A program made the position numbers and the translations under genes. 64,000 bases of DNA, taken from contig CM059432.1 in NCBI GenBank assembly GCA_030390025.1, positions 91,824,001-91,888,000 of the forward strand. Reading direction: 5' to 3'. Position 1 is the first letter of the stretch; each line of letters opens with the position of its first letter. Source of the stretch: Squalus acanthias. Lineage: Eukaryota. Positions 47,560 through 60,731 of this stretch are shown piece by piece. The notes under the pieces are model-generated. The model was not told the DNA's origin. It saw nothing but the letters and a program-made list of their open reading frames with translations, and ran no database searches.

Positions 47560-50500
47560 TTCAAGGAAAGCCCTACGATGACTTCCAAAAGGCGTTTGGC
47601 AAGTGCTGTGGACATTCAGGAACTGGCTAAAGGATAGGAAACAACAAGGCCCAGAGGGAAAAGTACTAAGTGGGGTGCCTCAAGGCTAGTAGTTGGGACC
47701 GCTACTGTTTCTAATTTATGTAAATGACCTGGATTCAGAAACTAAATGCAAAGTGGTCAAATTTACAGATGATGCCAAATTAGGAGGGCCAGTGGATTGG
47801 AAAAGGTAGCTCAAATTACAAGATGCGTTGGACAAAATATATACTGTGGCAACACAATGGCAGATGGAATTTATTGCAAAGTGACAAGTACTGCACTTAG
47901 GAAGGAAAAATAGGCAACAAATGATGTTGCAATAGCTTACGGATGAAGCTGAAAGAGACCCAAGAGCTTTAGTAGACTCAACACTAAACCTGTTCAACCA
48001 ATGCAGAACAGTAATCAACAAAACCAATAGAATGATGCAGTACTTAGCTAAAACAGTAGAATATAAGTCAGAGGAGGTAGTAATACATTTATCATGCTCT
48101 AGTTGGACTGCACCTTGAATACAATATCAGTTTCTGGTTACCAGTACACAAGGGAGGAGTTCAAGTGCTGGAGGAAGTGCAGGGAAGAGCAATAAGACTA
48201 ATCCCTTAGCTAGTAACAAATTAGAGATGCATGTAACAAGGGTACTACAGTAATCATGGGAGACTTTAATCTGCATATAGACTGGCCAAACCAAATTAGC
48301 AATAATACTGTGGAGGATGAATTCCTGGAGTGTGTACAAGATGGTTTTTTAGACCAGTACGTTGAAGAGCCAACTAGGGAACAGGCTATCCTAGATTGGG
48401 TATTGTACAATGAGATGGGGTTAATTAATAATCTTGTTGTGCGGGGTCCTTTAGGGAAGAGTGACCATAACATGATAGAATTCTTCACTAAGATGGAAAG
48501 TGAAGAAGTCCAATCCAAAACTAGGGTCCTAAATCTAAACAAAGGAAACTATGATGGTATGAGGAGTAAGTTGGCTATGATAGATTGGGGAGCTTCATTA
48601 AAAGGCATGACGGTGGATAGGCAATGGCTAACATTTAAGGAACGAATGCATGAATTGCAACAGTTATACATTCCTTTCTGGCACAGAAACACAAAAGAAA
48701 AAGCAGCCCAACCATGGCTAACAAAAGAAATTAAGGATAGTATTAGATCCAAAGAGGAGTCATATAAAGTTGCCAGAAAAAGTAGCAAGCCTGAGGATTG
48801 GGAATAGTTTAGAGTTCAGCAAAAAAGGACCAAGAGATTGAATAAGAGGGGAAAAATAGAGTATGAGAGTAAACTTGCAAGGAACATAAAAGTGGACTGT
48901 AAAAGCTTCTACAAGTATGTAAAAAGAAAAAGATTAGTGAAGACAAATGTAGGTCCCTTACAGTCAGAAACAGGAGAATTTATAATGGGGAACAAGGAAA
49001 TGGCAGGGCAAATAAACAAATACTTTGGTTCTGTCTTCACGGAAGAGGACACAAATAACTTCCCAGAAATGTGAGGGAACCAAGGGTCTAGTGAGAAGGA
49101 GGAATTAAAGGAAATTAGTAGTAGTAAAAAAATAGTGCTGGAGAAATTAATGGGACTGAAAGCTGATAAATCCCCAGGGCCTGATAATCTGTATCCCAGA
49201 GTACTAAAAGAGGTAGCCATGGAAATAGTGGATGCATTGGTTGTCATCTTCCAAAATTCTATAAATTATGGAACAGTTCCGGCAGATTGGAGGGTAGCAA
49301 ATGTAACCCCACTATTTAAAAAAAGAGGGAGAGAGAAAACAGGGAACTACAGATCGGTTAGCCTAACATCAGTAGTAGGGAAAATGCTAGAGTCTATTAT
49401 AGAGGATGTGATAACAGGACACTTAGGAAAATATCAACGGGATTAGACAAAGTCAACATGGATTTATGAAAGGGAAATAGTGTTTGACAAACCTACTGGA
49501 GTTTATTGAGGATGTAACTGGTAGAATAGATAAGGGAGAACCAGTGCATGTGGTGTATTTGGATTTTCAGAAGGCCTTTGATAAAGTCCCACATAAGAGG
49601 TTAGTGTGCAAATTTAAAGTACATGGGATTGGAGGTAATATACTTGCATGGATTGAAAATTGGTTCACAGACAGGAAACAGAGAGTAGGAATAAATGGGT
49701 CTTTTTCGGGGTGGCAGGCGGTGACTAGTGGGGTACCGCAGGGATCAGTGCTTGGACCCCAGCTATTCACAATATATATCAATGATTTGGATGAGGGAAC
49801 CAAATGTAATATTTCCAAGTTTGCTGATGACACAAAACTAGGTGTGATTGTGAGTTGTGAGGAGGATGCAAAGAGGCTTCAAGGCGATTTAGACAAGTTG
49901 AGTGAGTGGGCAAATACATGGCAGATGCAGTATAATGTGGATAAATGTGAAGTTATCCACTTCGGTAGGAAAAACAGAAAGGTAGAGTATTATTTAAATG
50001 GTGATAGATTGGGAAATGCTGATGTACAAAGGGACCTGGGTGTCCTTGTACACCAGTCACTGAAAGCAAACATGCAGGTGCAGCAAGCAGTTAGGAAGGC
50101 AAATGGTATGTTGGCCTTCATTGCAAGAGGATTTGAGTACAGGAGCAAGGATGTCTTGCTACAGTTGTATCGGGCCTTGGTGAGACCACACCTGGAGTAC
50201 TGTGTGCAGTTTTGGTCTCCTTACCTAAGAAAGGATATACATGCCATAGAGGGAGTGCAGCGAAGGTTCACCAGACTGATTCCTAGGATGGCAGGACTGT
50301 CATATGAGGAGAGATTGGGTCAACTAGGTCTGTACTCACTAGAGTTTAGAAGAATTGAGAGGGGATCTCATTGAAACGTATAAAATTCTGACAGGGCTAG
50401 ACAGACTGGATGCAGGGAAGATGTTTCCCCTGGCTGGGGGGGTCTAGGATACGGAGTCTCAGGATACGGGGTAGGACATTTAGGACTGAGATGAGGAGAA

Positions 50501-51180
50501 ATTTCTTCACGGAGGGTGGTGAACCTGTGGAATTCCCGACCACAGAAGGCTGTGGAGGCCATGTCACTGAATATATTTAAGAAGGAGATAGATAGATTTC
50601 TAGACACAAAAGGCATCAAGGGGTATGGGGAGAGAGCGGGAATATGGTATTGAGATAGAGGATCAGCCATGATATTGAATGGCGGAGCAGGCTCGAATGG
50701 CCTACTCCTCCTATTTTTCTGTGTTTCTAGTTATGAGGGAAGACTGGAAAATCTTGGACTTTTCAGCCTAGAAAGAAGGCATGCGAGAGGTGATCTTGTA
50801 AAGGTGGTTAAGATTGTTAAGGAGCTGAAAAAAGCAACTCCAATGCTATGTTAAATTAAATTACAAGAATAGAGCAAGAGGGCACAGGTTAAAACCCTTA
50901 AAAGAAAGAACTTGCATTCCTATGGCACTTTTTTATCAAGATGTCCCAATGCGATTCATAGCCAATGACATATCTTGAAGGATTTAAGATTGGTAACAAG
51001 AAATTCTTCTTCTTACATAGATTCATGTGTGGAATAGACGTCCAGGTAGAGATGTGAAGGTGAAAAGCCTAGAATAATTTAAGAAACATTTGGATGCTAC
51101 ATTGTGAAACTTTAGGATCTTTCTGGATGGATGAATTAATGTGGGCTGAATGGCTTTCCTCATCCATAAGTATCTTGGGA
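47560..51180 (+). mobile_element. Old CR1 relic (about 47560-48210 and 50728-51180) interrupted by a younger CR1
   Basis: Degenerate RT motifs (gtgcctcaagg...ttgggacc; tttacagatgatgccaaa) left of the insert; ttatgagggaagactgg... resumes after it. Confidence 0.7.
48212..50727 (+). mobile_element. Younger 5'-truncated CR1 LINE (EN C-terminus, RT, 3'UTR)
   Basis: ORFs 48256-48807, 49135-49446 and 49484-50374 (YLDFQKAFDKVPH, GVPQGSVLGP, FADD). Confidence 0.95.
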
Positions 51181-53896
51181 TCTATACTACTGGCTTCTGT
51201 AATTGACCATATTCATGAATAAAACTATTTAATGGTTTAGCCTGTGACGTAAAGTCTGGCATGGCAGATGTTATCCATTGTATTTTGTAATACATTTGCT
51301 CCTAATGTCCTAATGAAGAATTTGAGTAGCTTGCATTCTACGCAATTGGTCATTCCATAAATAAATATGATCAAAAATATTATTTTAAAATTTTGTATCC
51401 TGAAAGTAGGCTCATTATTCTGAAATATAAAATTGCAGTCATGCCTTGAAGATTGAAACAAAAAGGAGAAATGATCTCCAACTTTTTAAAAACCTATTGC
51501 TTAGAGAGCGCTATGTTTTTGGACTTGATTGACCTGTAGACTTGTCTTGTGTTTCGAGGCAACAGCACTGATGTCTATTGATCTTGGCTAGTTAATTGTG
51601 TAATCAGTTGTGTCTGATGTTATAATTTGACTCTCTTTGGCTAGCTGACTAGCTTTCTGCTTTCTGTCCAGTATATATCGTGCATCAATATGGTATTCCA
51701 GAATGATTTCCATGGGGTTCAGAGATGTTTCAGAATGGTCTTTCCTTGCCCTTAACTTGTTCTGTATTTGTATTAGCATGGTGTAATCAGGGAAAATTTA
51801 ATTTCAAACTCAATGCCTGCTGTCATCGGCATTCTAGAATCATAGAATAATACAGCACTGAAGGAGGCCATTTGGCCCATCGAGTCTGCACCGGCTCTTT
51901 CGAAGAGCTATCCAGTTAGTCCCACTTGCCTGCTCTTTCCCCATATCTGTGCAATTTTTTCTCCAAGTATTTATCCAATTCCCTTTTGAAGGCTACTATC
52001 GAATCTGCCTCCACCACCCTATAGGGCAGTACATTCCAAATCCTAACCACTCGTTGCGTAAAAAAACTTTTTCCGAATGTCGCCTCTGGTTCTTTTGCCA
52101 ATCACCTTAAATTATTGACCCTTCAGCGATTGGAAACAGTTTCTCTTTATTTACTCTATCTAAACCCTTCATGATTTTAAACACTATCAAATCTCTTAGC
52201 CTTCTCTGCTCTAAGGAGAACAACCCCAGCTTCTCCAGTCTATGCACATAACTGTAATCCCTCATCCCTGGAACTATTCTAGTAAATCTCTTCTGTACCC
52301 TCTCCAAAGCCTTCATGTCCTTCCTAAAGTGTGGTGCCCAGAATTGGACACAATTCTCCAGCTGGGGCTGAACTACTGTTTTATATACGTTTAGCATAAC
52401 CTCCTGGCTTTTGTACTCTATGCCTCTTATAAAGCCCAGGATCCCATATGCTTTATTAACTGCTTTGTTAACCTGTCCTGCCACCTTCAAAGATTTGTGC
52501 ACAAAACAGCCCCAGGTTTCTCTGTTCTTGCACCCCCTTTAAAATTGTACCATTTAGCTTGTATTGTCTCTCCTCATTCTTCCAACAAACTGTATCACCT
52601 CACGCTTTTCTGCGTTGAATTTCATCAGCCATGTGTCCGCCCATTCCACCAGCCTTTCAATTCTCCAGTCCTTTGTCACCACCCCTGTATCTAAGCATGA
52701 TTAGGATTGTGGCCAGTACCTCCGCAATTTCTACCCTTCCCTCAGCAACCTAGGATGCATCCCATTCGGACCGGGTGACTTATCTACTTTAAGTTCTACC
52801 AGCATTCCTACTACCGCCTCTTTATCTATTTTTATCTCATCCAGTATCCCGAAACCTCCTTGTTTATCATGGCTTTGGCAAAGTCCTCTTCCTTGTTAAT
52901 CACCGATGCAAAGTACTCATTTAGTACCTCGGCCATGCTTTCTGCCGCCACCAATAGATCTCCATTTTAGTCCCTAATCGGCCCCACCACTCCTCCGACA
53001 ACTCTTTTACTGTTAATATGCCTATAGAAGACCTTTTGGATTTCCTTTTATGTTAGCCGCCAATCTATTCTCATGCTGTCTCTTTACTCATATTTCCTTT
53101 TTCACTTCTCCTCTGTACTTTTTATATTCAGCCTGATTCTCCCTTGTATTATCAAGCTAACATCTGTCATACGCCCCCTTTTTCTGCTTCATCCTACTCT
53201 CCAACTCCTTCATCATCCAGGTAGCTCTGGTTTTGGTTGCCCTCCCTTTTCCCCTTGCGGGAATGTGCCTAGACTGTACCCAGGACCATCTACTCTTTAA
53301 AGACCGCCAATTGCTCCATTACATTTTTGCCTGCCACTCTTTAACTCCAATTTACCCGGGCCAGATCCCTCCTCAGTTTGCTGAAATTAGCCCTCCTCCA
53401 GTTAAGTATTTTTATTCTAGATTGTTCCTTGCCCTTCTCCATAACTAATCTAAACCTTCCGATACTATGATCACAATACCCAGGGTGCTCCCCGACGGTG
53501 TGACATTCTCCTCTTGACCAACTTCATTCCCCATGACTAGATCCTTTCTCATTGGGCAGGAAACATACTGATCAAGAGAATTCTCCTGAACACATTTCAA
53601 AAATCCCTCCCCTTCTCAGCCCTTAACATAATCACTGCCCCACTCAATATTGGGGGCGCTAAAGTCTCCCATTATCACTACTCTATAGTTCTTGCCCCTC
53701 TCAGTAATTTATTTGCAAATCTTCTCCTCTATCTCCTTCCCACTATTTGGTGGCCAATAAAATACACCAAGTAGCATAATAGCTCCTTTATTTTTTCTTG
53801 CCTCCAACCAAATAGATTCAGTCTTTGACCCCTCAAGGAAATTCTCTCTTTCTAGTACTGTAATATTTTCCTTAATCAAAACTTCAACCCCTCCTC

Positions 53897-54003
53897 CAAT
53901 GTTCCCACGCAGCCAGCTCACTGGCTTTTAAATAGGAAAACCTGTGCATGCGCGGTATTTTGAATGGACTAAGCACCCAAAAAAATAGTTACAGTGAACA
54001 TTG
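53897..54003. mobile_element. hAT-type MITE, same family as 25817-25948
   Basis: TIRs CAATGTTC and GAACATTG; 8-bp TSD CCCTCCTC/CCCTACTT (6 of 8 match); internal similarity to the other copy. Confidence 0.75.
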
Positions 54004-54401
54004 CCCTACTTCCTTTTTTCCTACCCTATCTTTCCTGAATACTTGTACCCAGGAATATTAAGCATCCAATCTTCCCCTTTTTTGAGCCAGGTCTCAGTTA
54101 TCACCACTGCATCATATTCCCACGTGGGTATTTGCGCCTGCAGCTCACTAACCTTATTAACCACACTTCGTGCATTTACAAACCTAATTTAGACCTCTTT
54201 TGTATTTCCTATGATCACACCTAATTGTGCATTTTTTCTAACTCTGTCTGTCTCTCAGTCCTCTGTGCACCTTGTTTCTACATTTTAATACTACATCTTG
54301 GTACCCAACCCCCTGCCAAATTAGTTTAAACCCTCCCCCACAGCACAAGTTAACCTGCCTGCAAGGATATTGGTCCCAGCTCTGTTCAGGTGCAACCTGT
54401 C

Positions 54402-56088
54402 TTTTTTTATTCGTTTATGGCATGTGGGCGTCGCTGGGAAGGCCAGCATTTATTGCCCATTCCTAATTGCCTTCAAGAAGGTGGTGGTGAGCCGCCTTCT
54501 TGAACCGCTGCAGTCCGTGTGGTGAAGATACTCCCACAGTGCTGTTAGGTAGGGAGTTCCAGGATTTTGACCCAGCGACGATGAAGGATCGGCGATATAC
54601 TTCCAAGTCAGGATGCTGTGTGACTTGGAGGTGGTGGTATTCCCATGCGCCTGCTGCCCTTGTCCTTCTAGGTGGAAGAGGTCGCGGGTTTGGGAGGTGC
54701 TGCCGAAGAAGCCTTGGCGAGTTGCTGCAGTGCATTTTGTAGATGGTACACACTGCAGCCATGGTACGTCGGTGGTGGAGGAAGTGGATGTTTAAGGTGG
54801 TGGGTTGGGGTGCCAATCAAGCGGGCTGCTTTGTCTTGGATGGTGTTGAGCTTCTTGAGTGTTGTTGGAGCTGCACTCATCCAGGCAAGTGGAGAGTATT
54901 TCATCACACTCCTTACTTGTGCCTTGTAGATGGTGGAAAGGCTTTGGGGAGTCAGGAGGTGAGACACTTGCCGCAGAATACTTAGCCTCTGACCTGCTCT
55001 TCTTGTTGCCACAGTATTTATGTGGCTGGTCCAGTTAAGTTTCTCGTCAATGGTGACCCCCAGGATGTTGATGGTGGTGGATTCGGCGATGGTAATGCCG
55101 TTGAATGTCAAGGGGAGGTGGTTAGACTCTCGCTTTTGGAGATAGTTATTGCCTGGCACTTCTGTGGCACGAATATTACCTGCCACTTATCAGCCCAAGC
55201 CTGAACATCGTCCAGGTCTTGTTGCATGCGGGCATGGACTGCTTCATTATCTGAGGAGTTATGAATAGCGCTGAACACTGTGCAGTCATCAGCGAACATC
55301 CCCATTTCTGACCTTATGTTGGAGGGAAGGTCATTGATGAAGCAGCTGAATATGGTTGGACCGAGGACACTGCCCTGAGGATCTCCTGCAGCGATGTCCT
55401 GGGGCTGTGATGATTGACCTTCAACCACCACAACCATCTTCCTTTGTGCTAGCTATGACTCCAGCCAGTGGAGCGTTTTCCCCCTGATTCCCATTGACTT
55501 CAGTTTTACTAGGGTTCCTTGATGCCACACTCGATCAAATGCTGCCTTGATGTCAAGGGCAGTCACTCTCACCTCACCTCTGGAATTCAGCTCCTTTGTC
55601 CATGTTTGGACCAAGGCTGTAATGAGGTCGGGAGCCGAGTTGTCTTGGCGGAACCCAAACTGGGCATCAGTGAGCAGGTTATTGGTGAGTAAGTGCTGCT
55701 TGATAGCACTGTCGATGACACCTGTCATCACTTTGCTGATGATTGAGAGTAGACTGATGGGGCGGTAATTGGCCGGATTGGATTTGTCCTGCTTTTTGTG
55801 GACAGGACATACCTGGGCAGTTTTCCACATTGTCGGATAGATGCCAGTGTTGTAGCTGTACTGGAACAGTTTGGCTAGAGGCGCAGCTAGTTCTGGAGCA
55901 CAAGTCTTCAGCACGATAGGCAGGATGTTGTCGGGGCCCATAGCCTTTTGCTGTATCAAGTGCTCTCAGCCGTTTCTTGATATCACGTGGAGTGAATTGA
56001 ATTGGCTGAAGACTGGCTTCTGTGATTGTGTGGACCTCAGGGGTAGGCCGATATGGATCATCCACTCGGCACTTCTGGCTGAAGATGA
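54402..56088 (-). mobile_element. LINE family B, longest copy (RT domain to tail)
   Basis: ORFs 55453-55959 (NYRPISLLS...QFGFR...ALDIKAAFDRVWH), 55108-55437 (PQGSVLGP, FADD) and 54668-55186; T-run at the left end. Confidence 0.93.
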
Positions 56089-56181
56089 TTGAACAGGTCC
56101 CTCCTGCCACAGAACTGGTTCCAATATCCCTGAAATCTGAAGTCCTCCCTCCTGCACCATGTCTCTACCATGCATTAACCT

Positions 56182-59100
56182 AGAACATAACATAAGAAAT
56201 AGGAGCAGGAGTAGGCCAATCGGCCCCTCGAGCCTGCTCCGCCATTCAACAAGATCATGGCTGATCTGATCCTAACCGCCAATCTACTATCACAGAACCA
56301 TCTCCTGAACCTAACAGAATTGGACACACGAAATAGGAGCAGGATCAGGCTACACGGCCCCTGGGCCCGCTACGCTACCCACCGGGCCATGACCAATCCG
56401 AACCTAGACTCATGTCCAAATTCCTGCCCGCTCCCCGTAACCCTTAATTCCCTTTACTTCTAGGAAACTGTCTATTTCTGTTTTAAATTTATGTAATGAT
56501 GTAGCTTCTACAGCTTTTTGGGGCAGCATATTCCATGGACCTACCACCCTCTGAGTGAAATAGTTCCTTCTCATCTCAGTTTTGAAAGAGCAGCCTTATT
56601 CTAAGACTATGGCTCCTAGTTCTTCTGAACTCCAATGAGTAGAGTCCCAATCTACCCAACCTCTCCTCATATGTCCATCCCCTCATCCCCGGGATTAACC
56701 GAGTAAACCTTCTTTGTACTGACTCGAGAGCAAGTATGTGTTTTCTTAAGTATGGACACCAAAACTGTATGCAGTATTCCAGGTGCGGTCTCACCAATAC
56801 CTTGTACAACTGAAGCAATACCTCCCTATTTTTATATTCTATCCCCCTAGCAATGAAAGCCAACATTCCATTGGCCTTCTTAATCACTTGCTGCACCTGC
56901 ATACTAACCTTTTGAGTTTCGTGCACCAGGACCCCCAGATCCCTTTGTACTTCAGTACTTTCCAGTTTCTTGCCATTAAGATAATAACTTGCTCTACTAT
57001 TTTTCCTGCCAAAGTGCATAACCTCAGACTTTCCAGTATTGTATTCCATCTGCCAAATCTCTGCCCACTTACTTAGCCTGTCTATGTCCTCTTGCAGATT
57101 TTTAATGTCCTCCTCACTCACTACTTTCCCTCCCATCTTAGTATCATCTGCAAACTTTGATATGTTACACTCGGTCCCCTCCTCCAAATCGTTAATATAG
57201 ATTGTAAAGAGTTGGGGACCCAGCACTGACCCTGCGGAACACCACTAGTTACTGATTGCCAGTCTGAGAATGAACCATTTATCCCAACTCTCTGCCTTCT
57301 GTTAGATAGCCAATCCTCTATCCATGCCAGAATATTACCCCCAATCCCGTGATTTTTTATTTTAAGCAATAATCTTGTGTGTGGCACCTTGTCAAATGCC
57401 TTTTGGAAGTCTAAATACACCACATCCACTGGTTCCCCTTTATCCACCCTGTGTGTTACTTCCTCAAAGAACTCCAGCAAATTTGTCAAACATGACTTCC
57501 CCTTCATAAAACCATGCTGACTTTGTCCTATTAAATTATGATTATCCAAATGTCCCGTTACTGTCTCCTTAATAATGGACTCCAAAATTTTACCTACCAC
57601 AGATGTTAGGCTAACCGGTCTATAGTTTCCAGCCTTCTGTCTACTGCCCTTTTTAAATAAGGGTGTTACATTAGCAGTTTTCCAGTCTGCCGGGATCTTT
57701 GCTGAGTCCAGGGAGTTTTGGAAAATTATTACCAATGCATCCACAATCCCTACCGCCACTTCCCTTAAGATCCTAGGATGTAAGCCATCAGGTCCAGGTG
57801 ATTTATCCGCCTTGAGTCCCATTATTTTACCGAGTACCACTTCCTTAGTGATTTTGATCGTGTTTAGCTCCTCCCCCCCCTATAGCCCCCTGTTTGTCCA
57901 GTGTTGGGATATTCTTAGTGTCCTCTACTGTAAAGACTGATACAAAATATCCATTCAGTGTATTTGCCATCTCCATATTTCCCACCATTAATTTCCCGGT
58001 CTCATCTTCTAAGGGACCAACATTTACTTTAGCCACCCTTTTTCTTTTTATATAACTATAAAAACTCTTACTATCTGTTTTTATATTTTTTGCTAATTTA
58101 CTTTCATAATCTATCTTCCCTTAATCAATCTTTTTGTTATTTTTTGCTGTCTTTTAAAGTTTTCCCAATCCTCTATCCTCCCACTTGATTTGGCTACCTT
58201 ATAAGCCCTTGTTTTTAGTCGAATACTATCCTTAATTTCTTTACTTAGCCATGGATGACTGTCTTTTCTTTTACACCCTTTTCTTCTCAGTGGAATATAT
58301 ATTTTTTGGAAGTTGTAAAATAACTCCTTAAATGTACACCACTGATCATGTATCGTCTTACCCTTTAATCTATTTTCCCAATCCACTCTACTCAATTCCG
58401 CTCGCATACCTTCATAGTCTCCTTTATTCAAGCTTAGCACGGTTGTTTGAGATCCAACCTTCTCACCCTCTAATTGAATATGGAATTCAACCATGTTATG
58501 GTCACTCATTCCAAGGGGATCCTTTACTAGGACATTTTTAATTAATCCTGTCTCGTTACACAGGACCAGATCTAAGGTTGCTTGCCCCCTGGTCGGTTCA
58601 GTTACATACTGCTCAAGAAACCCATCCCTAATACACTCAATGAACTCATCCTCAAGGCAGCCCTGACCAATTTGATTTGTCCAATTAATATGATAATTAA
58701 AATCCCCCATAATTATAGATGTTCCCTTAGTACAAGCCTCAACTATTTCCTGATTGATACTCCGTCCAACAGAGTTGCAACTGTTCGGAGGCCTATAGAC
58801 TACGCCCACTAGTGTTTTTTTCCCCTTATTATTCCTTATCTCCACCCAAACTGTTTCATTATCCTGATCTCTTGACCCAATATCATTTCTCTGTATTACA
58901 GTGATTCCTTCCTTTATTAACATAGCCACCCCACCTCCCCTTCCTTCCTGCCTGTCCTTCCTGATCGTTAAATAACCTGGTATGTTTAATTCCCAGGCAT
59001 TGTCACCCTGCAGCCATGTTTCTGTAATGGCCACAAGATCACATTCATATGTAGTTATTTGTGCCATTAACTCGTCTATTTTGTTACGAATGCTACGTGC

Positions 59101-60731
59101 ATTCAGATAGCGAACTTTCAAATATGTTTTGTGACACTTAGTTCCTGCTTTTGCCCTTTTTATTACTTTACCTTTTACTCCATACCTTCTGCCCCTTCCT
59201 GACACACTCTGGTTTTTAATTTCCCCACTGCTACCTAAGTCTATGACCTTCTCTGTTGTTATTTTTATTATTTGCTCTCGAGGAACCTCCCCCCCACTAG
59301 TTAGTTTAAAGCCCTCTCTACAGCCCTAGTTATATGATCCGCCAGGACTCTAGTCCCAGCACTGGCCAAGTGAAGCCCGTCCCAACGGAACAGCTCCCTC
59401 CTGCCCCAGTACTGGTGCCAGTGTCCCAGGAAGCAAAACCCATTTCTCCCACACCAGTCTTTGAGCCACTCATTTAACTCTCTCTAATTTTATTTGTCCT
59501 AGCCAAATTCGCTCGTGGCTCAGGTAATAATCCAGAGATTATTACCCTTGAGGTTCTGTTTTTTAATTTGACCCCTAGCTGCTCATACTCCTTTAACAGA
59601 ACCGGCTTCCTTGTCCTATCTATGTCGTTTGTACCAACATGGACCACGACAACTGGATCCACCCCCTCCCACGGCAAGTTTCTTTCCAGCCCAGAGGAGA
59701 TGTCCTTAACCCTGGCACCGGGCAGGCAACACAGCCTACGGGACTCTCACTCTCGGCTGCAGAGAACTCTATCTATCCCCCTAATAATACTATCCTCTAC
59801 CACTACAACATTTCTATTTACTCCCCCCTCTTGAATGGCCCCCCGTTCCACGGTGCTGTGGCCAGGTTGCTCATCCTCCCTGCAGTCCCTGCTCCCGTCC
59901 CCACAGGGTGTAAGAACCTCGAACCTGTTGGACAAGAGCAAGGGCTGCGGCTCCTCCAACACTACCTCCTGGATCCCCGTACCTGCCTCACTCGTAGTCA
60001 CACCATCCTGTCCCTGACCATGGGCTACATCTGAATTAATTAACTTCATAGGTGTGACCACCTCCTGAAACATAAAGTCCAGGTACTTCTCCCCCACCCT
60101 AATGTGTCGCAGTGTCTGAAGCTCAGACTCCAGCTCATCAATACGGAGCTGGAGTTCCTGTAGCAGCAGACACTTGTCACAGATGTAATCACCGTGAGCC
60201 TCAATGGGGTCCACCGGCTTCCACATCTCACAACAGTAACACATCACCTGCTCCATTCTATGTAATTAATTAAATTTTTTATTGTTAGTTATGGACACTC
60301 TCTGCCCGATTATAGATGCTAGTATCCCCTCTAATTAATTGGATTTAAATTAAATCAATCCCTCTAAATTACACCAGTTAAATGGTTTACCAACAGTCAC
60401 TCTGCACCAGAAAGGCCTTATTAACTACAACCCACAGAGTTTAAGTTTAAAAAGAGAGAAATACTCACCAACCAATTACTTACCTGCTTTCTGGTGACAT
60501 CACACCTCGATTATTTTTACCTCTCTCCCTCCCTCCGAGTTCGGAGACTGGTCCCGCCTTACCTGGTCTCTGGAGCCTTTTAAACCCTCTGCCGCCGCCT
60601 CGCCTCACACAGGTCCGCCGCCACACCAGGAAGCTGACAAAGATGGAAAAAGGAAGGCACACCTCCCTCCCTGAACTCCCTCACTCACCAAACTCGCAGC
60701 TTAGCACTCTGTTCCAAATCTGCACTCCGTG
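56182..60731 (-). mobile_element. Near full-length CR1 LINE (5'UTR, ORF1, ORF2, 3'UTR) with few disruptions
   Basis: ORF1 59747-60256 (CYCCEMW...YICDKC zinc finger, leucine-zipper-like coil) plus SGNH-esterase-like part (VVVHVGTND) to about 59300. ORF2: EN 58111-59205, RT 57121-57840 and 56576-57226. Short flanking repeat ACCT. Confidence 0.95.

Noticed and set aside
49484..50374. Long reverse-transcriptase ORFs as a retron, DGR or other novel RT system
   Set aside because: They are standard CR1 ORF2 pieces with APE endonuclease upstream, CR1 3'UTRs and frameshifts, repeated many times in a vertebrate intron.
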